Virus record (IMG/VR): IMGVR_UViG_3300034072_000926
Span: 62,001 to 126,000 of that record
DNA length: 64,000 nucleotides
Strand: one strand, 5' to 3'
Positions 8,757 through 17,041 of the stretch are shown piece by piece. Every line of letters begins with the position of its first letter. Positions within the stretch are counted from its first letter, which is position 1. The notes under the pieces were generated by a model. It had not been told where the DNA came from and did no database searches. It was given only the letters and a program-made list of their open reading frames with translations. The translations under genes were made by a program, and so were the position numbers.

Positions 8757-9962
8757 TTATCGGGCGTTCAGTTCCTTCTGACGCTGCGCTGCGGAGATCA
8801 GACCTTTACGCAGGTTCTCCTGTGCGGCGACCAGGCGCTGTTCGCCTTCGGCGCGCTTTTGCTTGCCCTCAGCGACCAGGTCGATGGACTCGTTGATCGT
8901 CTCGAGCAGCTTTGCGTGAGCATGTTCGGCCGCTTCGACATCGTAGATGCCGCGTTCCATGGCCTTGCGAGCCACCCGATTGCTCTCGTTGAGCTGGTCA
9001 GCCGATTGCTTGATCAGGTCGTTGGTGAAGTCCGTCGCGGCATTAGTTGCCTTGCCGGCTTCGGCAGCACGCCATGCAGCAATCTGCACCGCCATCGTGC
9101 GCTTCCACATCGAGACGTTATTGAGGATCTGGCTCTGGATCTTCTGTGCCAGGCCCTTGTCGATTGCCTGCACGATACGGATGCTCGGCAGCGCCCGGAT
9201 GGTGTCATCGCGAGTCAGCAGCAGGTCATACCGACGACGTTCCAGTTCGTCGCGGGTTTCGGTCATATCCCGCAGTTCCTGCGCGTCGGCCATATCACCG
9301 CTTGCATTGGCCTTGGCTTCCAGTGCCGGAATATGAACGGTGTTGACTTCGTTCATCAGCCATTCGATGGCAGCAATCTGCTCATCCAGATTGTCCAGCA
9401 TCCCCAGGGTGGCCTGGTAGAGCTTGTCCATCGCGACCATGTCCTTGAGCATCTGGACACGATGGCCTTCCAGCACGTTCGAGGCTTGGATGATCTGGCC
9501 CTCGACGGTCTTGTATTTGTCGAGGAACTTCTGCAGAACACCGGCGCCGCCCAGCAGCTTTGCGAAGAAGCCGGGCTTCTTTGCTGTCGACAGTGCGCCG
9601 AAGTCCAGACCCTTCATGTCGCGGACCATGGCATTCAGTGCATCGCCGGCCGGACCTGCGTCCTTGGTGCGAACACCCTGCAGAAGCTGTTCCGAGACCT
9701 GCGTGGCATTCTTCTGCGCTTCGACGCCGAAAGTGATGATAGAGCCGCTGTCCTTGAGGTTGATTTTGCTGGCCAGTTCCCTGACACGAGCATCGGACAC
9801 CTTCGGAGCCGTCCGGCCGATTTGTTCATTCAGGGAGACGATTTCCTGTTCCCCGATCCCCGGAACGACCAGTGCATTCTGTGCTGTCGGCATAGGGAGA
9901 AGTTCGCCAGTCAGAGACGGGGTCTCCACGGCGGTAGTGGTCTTGGTCGGATCGCTTGCCAT
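8757..9962 (-). CDS. telA: toxic anion (tellurite) resistance protein TelA/KlaA family
   Basis: Coiled-coil 401 aa; FGVEAQ, KPGFFAKLLG, LPSIRIVQ, WK, TNDLI..SA, ERGIYDVE features; adjacent to XpaC. Confidence 0.85.
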   Translation of the reverse strand: MASDPTKTTTAVETPSLTGELLPMPTAQNALVVPGIGEQEIVSLNEQIGRTAPKVSDARVRELASKINLKDSGSIITFGVEAQKNATQVSEQLLQGVRTKDAGPAGDALNAMVRDMKGLDFGALSTAKKPGFFAKLLGGAGVLQKFLDKYKTVEGQIIQASNVLEGHRVQMLKDMVAMDKLYQATLGMLDNLDEQIAAIEWLMNEVNTVHIPALEAKANASGDMADAQELRDMTETRDELERRRYDLLLTRDDTIRALPSIRIVQAIDKGLAQKIQSQILNNVSMWKRTMAVQIAAWRAAEAGKATNAATDFTNDLIKQSADQLNESNRVARKAMERGIYDVEAAEHAHAKLLETINESIDLVAEGKQKRAEGEQRLVAAQENLRKGLISAAQRQKELNAR

Positions 9963-9967
9963 TTGTA

Positions 9968-10627
9968 TTAGATTCCCTCGTTGCTGAGACGGCTCTTCAT
10001 CACCGTCATATTCACGTCAAAATCCATGACGTCGTTGGACAGAAGCTTGTCGAGCAGCTTCTGAAAGTTGTCGTCGATGGTGTCCAACATATCGTCGAAC
10101 TGTGCCATCTGCTTCTGCGCCTCAATATTTCGAGCGCCGGTCTTGCTCAGTTGGGCATAACCTCGAACCAGCTTGATCGTCTCATCCAGGTAGCTGTTGA
10201 GCCAGCTCTGTGCGAGAAGAACGTCCTTGGGATCGATACGGAAATCCTCAATGATCTTCCGACCGATTGCATCAATATGCTTGATGCGCCGAATAGTGTT
10301 GGGAGCCTTGATCTGGGTTGCTTCTATGAGGATGCGGTCCAGCTTGTCGGTTCCAGTCTTGATCGCTTCCACGACCAGCTTGGGGTCGACCCCGGAGGTC
10401 CCTGCCTCAATGTCGTCCATACGCTTGTAGAGATCCTTGATCTCCTGTGCGGTTGCAGCCTTACGACCGGGCCAGAAATACCAGATGCCCAGGCCAGTTG
10501 CAGCGCTCAGCGGAGCAGCTAGTGCAAGGTCACCGATGAAGGAAAGTGGGAAAGCAGCCATGCCGCTTACGAACACACATGCGGCGCCTCCGAGGGCAGC
10601 AACTTTACTCACTACGTCTTTTGTCAT
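9968..10627 (-). CDS. XpaC-like (5-bromo-4-chloroindolyl phosphate hydrolysis) membrane protein
   Basis: N-terminal TM segments; DP.D...A..WL..YL and LL.NDVMDFDVN tail; typical partner of TelA. Confidence 0.8.
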   Translation of the reverse strand: MTKDVVSKVAALGGAACVFVSGMAAFPLSFIGDLALAAPLSAATGLGIWYFWPGRKAATAQEIKDLYKRMDDIEAGTSGVDPKLVVEAIKTGTDKLDRILIEATQIKAPNTIRRIKHIDAIGRKIIEDFRIDPKDVLLAQSWLNSYLDETIKLVRGYAQLSKTGARNIEAQKQMAQFDDMLDTIDDNFQKLLDKLLSNDVMDFDVNMTVMKSRLSNEGI

Positions 10628-10738
10628 TGTTTCCTCGCTTAACACTGGATCCCTTATAGCAAGAATTACCAGTATGTCTACCAAAGAAAAGAAAAGGGCG
10701 ACATTGCTGCCGCCCCTTTCCCAATTGTTCCGAAAAAC

Positions 10739-12490
10739 TTAGAGTTCGTCGGGATTGATACCAGCCAGCTTCTGCAGCTCTGCCTTTTCCTGTGCCGAAA
10801 TTGCTTCGGCCGAACCACGGGCCTTACGGACCGGAGCAGTCCTCACCGGCGCAGGAGCACCAACAACTTCCAGCGAACCATCTTCGTTCAGCGGAGCAGC
10901 GGCAGCTTCGACCAGACCGTTCAGACCACGGCTCAGGTCAACACCCAGTTCGCGAGCCATTTCGTCAATGACCGGAACCTGCAGTCGGTAACCCAGCATC
11001 GAGTTGGTCAGGTCAGTTGCGAGATTGCCAGTGGTCTGAGTGCCACTGATTGCGCCTTCGCCGGCCTGGCCACCAAGGCCGCCCAGACCACCCATCTGCA
11101 CAACGCGGATGCTGTCGACCTTCTCCATCGGCTTGGTCATCTTTTCCATGATGGTCGGCATGGATTCGATAAGCGCCTTGCGGAGGTTGTAAGCCATCTG
11201 CGCCGGAGTGACGACGTTAGCAGCTTCGTTGAGGGCGCGCTGACCTTCGGATTCAACTTCATAACGCTTTGCGTCAGCGTCGATGAGTCGTTCCTTGGCC
11301 TTAGCCTGCGAGTCGGCAGCTTCGAGCTCAGCAGCAGCCATAACGCGGATACGAGTTGCTTCCTGTTCAGCTGCCTGCTCTGCCTGGATGACCGCAACGC
11401 GCTTTGCACGTTCTGCCGAAGCCTCAGCTTCAACGGTCTTCACTGCTTCAGTTGCACGAACCTGTTCTGCACGAGCATTGTCTGCTGCTGCGCGGGCCTT
11501 CGATTCCTGCTCCGACTTCTCAGCAACAGCAATACGCGACTGCTGGCTTGCAATCTCGAGAGCCTGAGCTGCCTCAGTCTCAGAGACCTTGATTGCGCGC
11601 TCCTTAGCAACGCGAGCCTGTTCGGTCGTCTTGGCGGCTTCGATTTCGGCCAGGTCCGATTCACGCTTGCGCTCTGCACGGGTCTGAGCCAGTTCAGCTT
11701 CCTGAGCTGCACGACGGGTTTCGACTTCACGCTGCTGTTCGAGGGTAGCGAACTCGTTCTGCTGCTTGATTTCCAGCGAACGCTTGTTGGCTTCGAAGTT
11801 CTTCTGCTCAATCGCAACGCGGTTGTCAGCTTCGATTTCGTTACGCTCCTTACGACGCGTCTCAGTGACCTGAGTCAGCTTCGCAAGACCTTCAGCGTCG
11901 AAGGCGTTGTTGGGGTTGAAGAACTTAACGTCCGTCTGGTCAAGACCAGTCAGCGAGACCGATTCCAGTTCCAGGCCGTTCTTCTTCAGGTCTTCCGCAA
12001 CAGTGTTCTGAACCTTCTGAACGAAGTCACCGCGCTTTTCATGCAGGTCCTGCATGTCCATCGAAGCAGCCGCAGCGCGCAGGGCGTCGACGAACTTACC
12101 TTCGACCAGACCAGCAAGCTGATCAGGTGCCATCGTGCGACGGCCAAGGGTCTGTGCCGCAGTGGCAATTGCAGTAGCATCAGGCGCGACGCGAACATAG
12201 AACTCTGCACGAACGTCGACGCGCAGCCGGTCCTTGGTGATCAGCGAAGCTTCGCCACCGCCACGCTGAACAGTGAGGCGCAGGGTCTGCATATTGATCG
12301 GGATAGTTTCGTGCAGGATAGGAAGCACGATTGCACCGCCGTCCTTCACAACCTTTTCGCCGCCGAAACCGGTGCGGACGAAAGCCAGTTCCTTCGATGC
12401 ACGATGGAACATCTTGGTCATGATTAGGCCGAGGACGATAATTCCAAGGACAATCACGCCTGTAACAATTAGGCCAAACTGAAGACTCAT
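10739..12490 (-). CDS. flotillin / SPFH family protein (YqiK-like)
   Basis: N-terminal TM; AFVRTGFGG, LITKDRLRVDV.AEFYVRV, NGLELESVSLT, FNPNNAFDAEGL; AEA-rich coiled coil. Confidence 0.92.
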   Translation of the reverse strand: MSLQFGLIVTGVIVLGIIVLGLIMTKMFHRASKELAFVRTGFGGEKVVKDGGAIVLPILHETIPINMQTLRLTVQRGGGEASLITKDRLRVDVRAEFYVRVAPDATAIATAAQTLGRRTMAPDQLAGLVEGKFVDALRAAAASMDMQDLHEKRGDFVQKVQNTVAEDLKKNGLELESVSLTGLDQTDVKFFNPNNAFDAEGLAKLTQVTETRRKERNEIEADNRVAIEQKNFEANKRSLEIKQQNEFATLEQQREVETRRAAQEAELAQTRAERKRESDLAEIEAAKTTEQARVAKERAIKVSETEAAQALEIASQQSRIAVAEKSEQESKARAAADNARAEQVRATEAVKTVEAEASAERAKRVAVIQAEQAAEQEATRIRVMAAAELEAADSQAKAKERLIDADAKRYEVESEGQRALNEAANVVTPAQMAYNLRKALIESMPTIMEKMTKPMEKVDSIRVVQMGGLGGLGGQAGEGAISGTQTTGNLATDLTNSMLGYRLQVPVIDEMARELGVDLSRGLNGLVEAAAAPLNEDGSLEVVGAPAPVRTAPVRKARGSAEAISAQEKAELQKLAGINPDEL

Positions 12491-12511
12491 TACATTCTCC
12501 TACTGAGTCGG

Positions 12512-13156
12512 TTAAATCTTACGCACATTGAAGGCGTAGGAATTCTTGCTGTTAGGACCGATTAACACCGCGCTTTCTCCCACATCAATATTCTCGTCAC
12601 CTGTGGCGAAAACAAAAATGTAGTGGTCCTGACCATGCTGGTCGGTAACACGGAGTGATCCACTCACTTCGCTGGTTGCTGGTCCCATAACCAATACCCC
12701 GACCTGTCCCGTGAGACTCTCAATCGTAACGGCCGAGGTAATGTCCTGAGGCATTATGCGTGAGAACGCCGTAGAGCCCCAACGAACAAAGGGTAGGGTG
12801 AGAGCAGTCACGACCGGGATACTCAAGCCAAGGGGCGCGAGCGAACCAGAGAACCCACTGTAAGCCCATTGTGCGCTATACCCGAGAGCAGTGAATACAG
12901 TGCTGAAAATAACAATGAACACCATCGCGGGAACATGACCCGGATTGATCCAATTGAAGAATCCACCATCTACCTCGAGGTAGTCTGGGATGCCATTGTT
13001 ATTGAGGTCGGCGGTGAAATCGACATCACTATGGAAGATCGAAAGGCCGAGGATCAGACCGATGATCTCTACAAGGAATATCGCGGCCAATAGACAACCT
13101 GTGACCATGAAGGGCAGGTTAGCTGGGTCGGTGATGAATAAGATTAGGTCGTTCAT
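12512..13156 (-). CDS. YqiJ/NfeD-like membrane protein with C-terminal OB fold
   Basis: NLPF, G.VP.MVF TM segments; L.G..G and D.HGQ.HY motif; upstream of flotillin. Confidence 0.85.
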   Translation of the reverse strand: MNDLILFITDPANLPFMVTGCLLAAIFLVEIIGLILGLSIFHSDVDFTADLNNNGIPDYLEVDGGFFNWINPGHVPAMVFIVIFSTVFTALGYSAQWAYSGFSGSLAPLGLSIPVVTALTLPFVRWGSTAFSRIMPQDITSAVTIESLTGQVGVLVMGPATSEVSGSLRVTDQHGQDHYIFVFATGDENIDVGESAVLIGPNSKNSYAFNVRKI

Positions 13157-13191
13157 ATCTCGGGCATAACGACCCGATGACTATAACGTCA

Positions 13192-13491
13192 TTATTCTTT
13201 TGGTGGGAGAGCGTCTGCTAGTCTAGCAAGAACCTGGCCATGGCAAGGCGAGGGATGACACCAGCATCCAAGCTTCTTGCCCTTTAATTCATGGAGTGCA
13301 GCCATAAGGGTTGGCTGTTCAACGATCCAATCGGCAAATTGCTGGATAACTTCTTCACGGGTGCCATCACGACCAACGATAAATGGATTGCCCCACTTAG
13401 TCTTACGGTCAATGCGAACGTCAAAGTGATCCACCTTGAGGTTGACCACTGTGGTTGAGGGCGGGGGCCAGGAAAAGAGTTCGTCTGCCAT
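13192..13491 (-). CDS. DUF4326 family protein
   Basis: DV.IDR.TKWGNPF..G.DG.R, L.GK.LGCWCHP.PCHG.VL signature. Confidence 0.88.
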   Translation of the reverse strand: MADELFSWPPPSTTVVNLKVDHFDVRIDRKTKWGNPFIVGRDGTREEVIQQFADWIVEQPTLMAALHELKGKKLGCWCHPSPCHGQVLARLADALPPKE

Positions 13492-13651
13492 ACTTCTACT
13501 TATCGAGCAGACATGAGTAACCCAGGAGGTTTTTAATCCTCCTGGGTCATTCCGACCTTCGGCATTTGAGAGACTACCGAGGGCTGTGATTTATATAATG
13601 TGGGGAGAAGTGAGTTGCAAGACTTGCAATTGCAATAAGCAACTTAATCTG

Positions 13652-13724
13652 TGCTGTCTATGGGACTTGAACCCATGACCTCTTCATTACCAATGAAGTG
13701 CTACTACCACTGAGCTAAGACAGC
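13652..13724 (-). tRNA. tRNA-Thr(GGT), no encoded CCA
   Basis: GCTGTCT/AGACAGC acceptor stem; CTTCA-TTGGTAA-TGAAG anticodon arm; ATGGG-TTCAAGT-CCCAT T arm. Confidence 0.92.
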
Positions 13725-13770
13725 ATGTTCCGATGTTCTCTTTATAACACCGACACTCTTATTTAGCAAT

Positions 13771-14112
13771 TTATTTCAGGAGAAGATTTAGGGCTTTTGT
13801 CATATCATCGAAGGAAGCTGGCTTCTCAATGAGATTAAAACCATGATAGCAAGACGAGAGACGATGGAGTTCACCGGTGCAGATCAAACCCGGCGTGAGG
13901 GTCTTCCTCATCATATCAGCAACGGGTTCAGAAGTGCCATCAAGTAATGTCACGTCGAGGATCACTCCGGAGAAGCGATTCACTCTGATCAGTTCCATGG
14001 CCTCTTTAACAGTCCCGACCATGGCCGCGACGTCCACTCCCTCTTCTTTGCAGACTTCTTCCCAATATAATTGCAGGAAGGCCTCGTCTTCGACGATAAG
14101 GACAGTGGACAT
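13771..14112 (-). CDS. single-domain response regulator (receiver), SdrG/MrrA-like
   Basis: VLIVEDE, ILDVTL (phospho-Asp), P..ICTG (FATG-like), EKP motifs; no output domain. Confidence 0.88.
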   Translation of the reverse strand: MSTVLIVEDEAFLQLYWEEVCKEEGVDVAAMVGTVKEAMELIRVNRFSGVILDVTLLDGTSEPVADMMRKTLTPGLICTGELHRLSSCYHGFNLIEKPASFDDMTKALNLLLK

Positions 14113-14120
14113 GATAACTC

Positions 14121-14639
14121 CTAGAAACTGAGTTTCGCCAGCATAACCTGATCGACCGTCCCCTTGTCGAGGATCATTGCACTCGCTGGTTTGCCGACAC
14201 GGACAAGATCCGTTGCGGTATTGCCTTGGGCACTCTTGAAGAGCTTTGCGTAGATAGTGCCCTTGTCACTGATCTTCTTCACAGTGCCCATTACCATATC
14301 CACTCGGGCACCTTCTGTGCCGCGCGGGAAGATAATCGTATGACCAATCTCGATGGTGCGACCCATGAGATCATTGAAGCGGGGTGTCTCAGGATCTTCG
14401 GCAAAATGAGTGCCGCCCTTCCAATTCGGAAGGTGTTCTAGCTCGCTGCCTTTGATCCAGAATCCTCGACGCGTTCCGACGGCCAATTGATAATCATGCG
14501 CGCTGTAATATTTGGACCGGACACTCATGACGCGTCCGACGGTGCCTTCTCGAAGGCCAGCAATAACCCGCACGAATTGCGGACCATCTTCCATACTAGC
14601 AATAAGGGACATCGCTGCCTGGTAGTTATTGAGATTCAT
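14121..14639 (-). CDS. hypothetical protein (possible SH3-like barrels) ending VMLAKLSF
   Basis: ORF with GAGG RBS; D..GR.I.IG..I.F motif; FKLxW-like tail. Confidence 0.65.
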   Translation of the reverse strand: MNLNNYQAAMSLIASMEDGPQFVRVIAGLREGTVGRVMSVRSKYYSAHDYQLAVGTRRGFWIKGSELEHLPNWKGGTHFAEDPETPRFNDLMGRTIEIGHTIIFPRGTEGARVDMVMGTVKKISDKGTIYAKLFKSAQGNTATDLVRVGKPASAMILDKGTVDQVMLAKLSF

Positions 14640-14894
14640 TTGCGACCCTCAAGAAAAGTTTCGATCTGTAGCAGCGACCTTCGGATAACCCCTCAGGCAT
14701 TTTATTATTGCAACTAAAATGCGCGTTGCACGTTTTAGCATGTTGCGTTGCAAACTATTACAAGATATGGCATTAGTAAAGTGCTACCCGATAAAAAATC
14801 TAGGTTTTCTGTAGGTTACCACCTATAGCCTGGGAGAAGTCACAGAAAAGCGCAGGTTATTCCAAATAACCCACGCCCTTCTTGATTAACTATA

Positions 14895-15086
14895 TCAGTC
14901 CAGCAAATCTTCATCAAACTGAAGTCGGAAACGAAAAGCCTCATCAATTCCCGAGAAGCTGAGTTCGAGAGAGTCGTCATCTGCGTTAACGATTGCGCTC
15001 TGATCGACATGCTCATCCGCAAGCCACTTTACAACCTTATCCTTAGATGCGGCATCCACCCACAACGTCCATGTGCTTGCGACCAT
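14895..15086 (-). CDS. small protein with FKLxW-type motif (DEAFRFRLQF)
   Basis: GAGGT RBS; motif. Confidence 0.65.
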   Translation of the reverse strand: MVASTWTLWVDAASKDKVVKWLADEHVDQSAIVNADDDSLELSFSGIDEAFRFRLQFDEDLLD

Positions 15087-15189
15087 TTGTACCTCGTTTG
15101 TTTTGCTAAGAACTGATATCTAACGCCCAGAGCGTTCTTTTTCAATATATTCCTTAACAATATAGGTTAAGGTCAGGTGCATCAGCCAT

Positions 15190-15259
15190 GAGAAAAGGTG
15201 GCCCGTCCTGTTGTTCGGTGGAGCCATACCGCACCTAGGGAGTTGATCCCCTAGGGATT
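15190..15259 (-). repeat. second copy of the tmRNA 3' structured module (hairpin plus pseudoknot-like element plus U-tract)
   Basis: 46/50 identical to 16681-16730, with compensatory base changes. Confidence 0.85.
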
Positions 15260-15319
15260 GTGAGGCATAGGAGTCTACCGAAGCTTCTTCCTAACCTCGC
15301 TGCCGTTAGGCAGAAAATA

Positions 15320-15631
15320 TCAACAGCCGAGAGAGATTTTCTCAGCCTTTAGTTCATCAACTAGATCATTAAGACAGTCGACTTCACTATCGAAGATATC
15401 AGGAAAATCGGAAATAATACCTTGAATTTCGTAGATGACTTCAATGAGGTGATCTACATCCTCACATCGTCCAGAATAGCGAGCAACATCCTCATACGGG
15501 AGCTCAGCATCAGCGCCTTCAGGATCATACCCGATCTTGGCACGAGACTCTTCTACTGCCTTCTTAACAGCAGGGCAAACCTGCCCACTAACCATATTAG
15601 CGAGCAGGAGAACCAAGGCAACATCTGTCAT
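15320..15631 (-). CDS. hypothetical protein
   Basis: ORF coupled (TAATG) to upstream gene. Confidence 0.6.
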   Translation of the reverse strand: MTDVALVLLLANMVSGQVCPAVKKAVEESRAKIGYDPEGADAELPYEDVARYSGRCEDVDHLIEVIYEIQGIISDFPDIFDSEVDCLNDLVDELKAEKISLGC

Positions 15632-15822
15632 TAGACTTCCTTTGCCTTAAATGCTTCTGCTTTCTGCTCCATGCTCTTGAGCAAATTAAACAGCTTAGTG
15701 CCAGCAGCAATCATCTTGCCGTAAGCGGGATGGTCAGTGTTCTTGTGCATCCAATCCTCAAATTCTAATAGTTGTTCTTGAGACATGCTGGTGATCAGCG
15801 CATCTGCTTTATGTGTAGCCAT
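15631..15822 (-). CDS. hypothetical protein
   Basis: AAGGAG RBS; 63 aa. Confidence 0.6.
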   Translation of the reverse strand: MATHKADALITSMSQEQLLEFEDWMHKNTDHPAYGKMIAAGTKLFNLLKSMEQKAEAFKAKEV

Positions 15823-15989
15823 TGTATGTTCTCCTTAGCGACGGCGTCAATTACAGAATAATCCGATTGGCGCCTCCAGTCCATCGCTTGCTCAATAAAT
15901 ACAGTAGGTAAGTGGGAGGATCCGACCCCTCCCACAACCCGGCTTGGAGCATCCAGGCTGTCCCTTACTGGTATTTATTGGAGCCCATT

Positions 15990-16697
15990 ATGCGCCATCA
16001 GCACGACTACTATGGATTCGTCTATCTCTGGCGAGACTCTGAAACTAATCGATTCTATATCGGCAGTCATTACGGTAGCACAACCGACTCCTATATTGCG
16101 AGTTCCAAGTGGTTGAAATCCGCATATAAGAAGCGTCCTCATACCTTTAGGCGACGTATCCTTCAATACCTCACAACAGACGACAAGAAGCTGCTTCATC
16201 AAATAGAACAGGCTTGGCTTGATTTGATCAAGGATGAAGAATTAGGTAAGCGTTATTATAATCTTAAGAAATTCGCAGCCGGTGGGAATGGTTCTGCTAA
16301 TAAAGGTAAAACTAGAATTTCTTGGAGGAAAGGCTTGTCTAATGAAATGATCCAACTTCGTAAAGATGGTCTATTCTGTGTCATGTCTTGTGACAAGCCT
16401 AAGCCAAGAAACCAGAGGGTTACGAAGCCTAAAAAGGTAACTATTCCAAGGAAACCTACACCGATCATTGATAAGGACTGTGAACTTTGTGGAACAACTT
16501 TCCAAACAAAGAGAGCCGGTCGATTCTGTAGCAAATCTTGTTCAAACAAAAATAACGGAAAGAATGTAGACCGAGCAGCAAATGGTCGCAAAGGTTCCGA
16601 GAAGATGCGAGAGATTGCTACAAATCGTATTAGACATTACGATTCAGACGGATCATGGACTTGGATGTATAAAGAGAAAAGTGACCCGTCCTGTTGA
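15990..16697 (+). CDS. free-standing GIY-YIG (Seg-like) homing endonuclease with C-terminal Cys zinc finger
   Basis: GFVYLW...FYIGSH..Y..SS..F.R.IL..E...YYN; CELCG..FCSKSC; start at ATG 15990 with GGAG RBS. Confidence 0.85.
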   Translation: MRHQHDYYGFVYLWRDSETNRFYIGSHYGSTTDSYIASSKWLKSAYKKRPHTFRRRILQYLTTDDKKLLHQIEQAWLDLIKDEELGKRYYNLKKFAAGGNGSANKGKTRISWRKGLSNEMIQLRKDGLFCVMSCDKPKPRNQRVTKPKKVTIPRKPTPIIDKDCELCGTTFQTKRAGRFCSKSCSNKNNGKNVDRAANGRKGSEKMREIATNRIRHYDSDGSWTWMYKEKSDPSC

Positions 16698-17003
16698 TCG
16701 GTGGAGTCATACCGCACCTAAGGAGTTGATTGCCTTAGGAATTTTGCCAATTAGGCAGCCAGAGCTACTTCATTGGCGACAACTTCGTTGTCATTGACAG
16801 TTACGTCGTTGGTCTTTTAAGGAAACCACTCCTGTTATCTCTCGCAGCCGTTTGCGCACACGTCGATCCTAAGTTCAGGCCCATCATAACCGCTCTTTAC
16901 AGAGCCGAGTCACTTCTTAGGGCAGTGACTCTCAGTTATGGTGGACCTGCCGGGTACCGCCCCCGGGTCCGTTGATTGCTATTAAGCTTTGGTCATCAAT
17001 AAC
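16674..17003 (-). ncRNA. ssrA: circularly permuted (two-piece) tmRNA: acceptor piece about 17003-16939, intervening segment 16938-16883, coding piece 16882 to about 16674
   Basis: GGACCCGGGGGCGGTACCCGGCAGGTCCACCA 3' end precedes the GGGCCTGAACTTAGGATCGAC 5' end; acceptor stem has the G3-U pair; tag VNDNEVVANEVALAA* at 16798-16751. Confidence 0.92.
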
Positions 17004-17009
17004 AACACC

Positions 17010-17038
17010 ACTATAACAATGGTGTTACGGGCTGTCAA
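17010..17038 (-). promoter_or_regulatory. sigma70-type promoter of tmRNA
   Basis: TTGACA-N17-TATAGT immediately upstream of the acceptor piece. Confidence 0.8.
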
Positions 17039-17041
17039 GCC

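Noticed and set aside
8859-9971. 370-aa plus-strand ORF and other long frames over telA
   Set aside because: Antisense shadows caused by high GC3 codon bias.
15260-15340. Complete second tmRNA upstream of the duplicated module
   Set aside because: No acceptor stem, GGATCGAC 5' motif or AA-ending tag frame; only the 3' module is duplicated.
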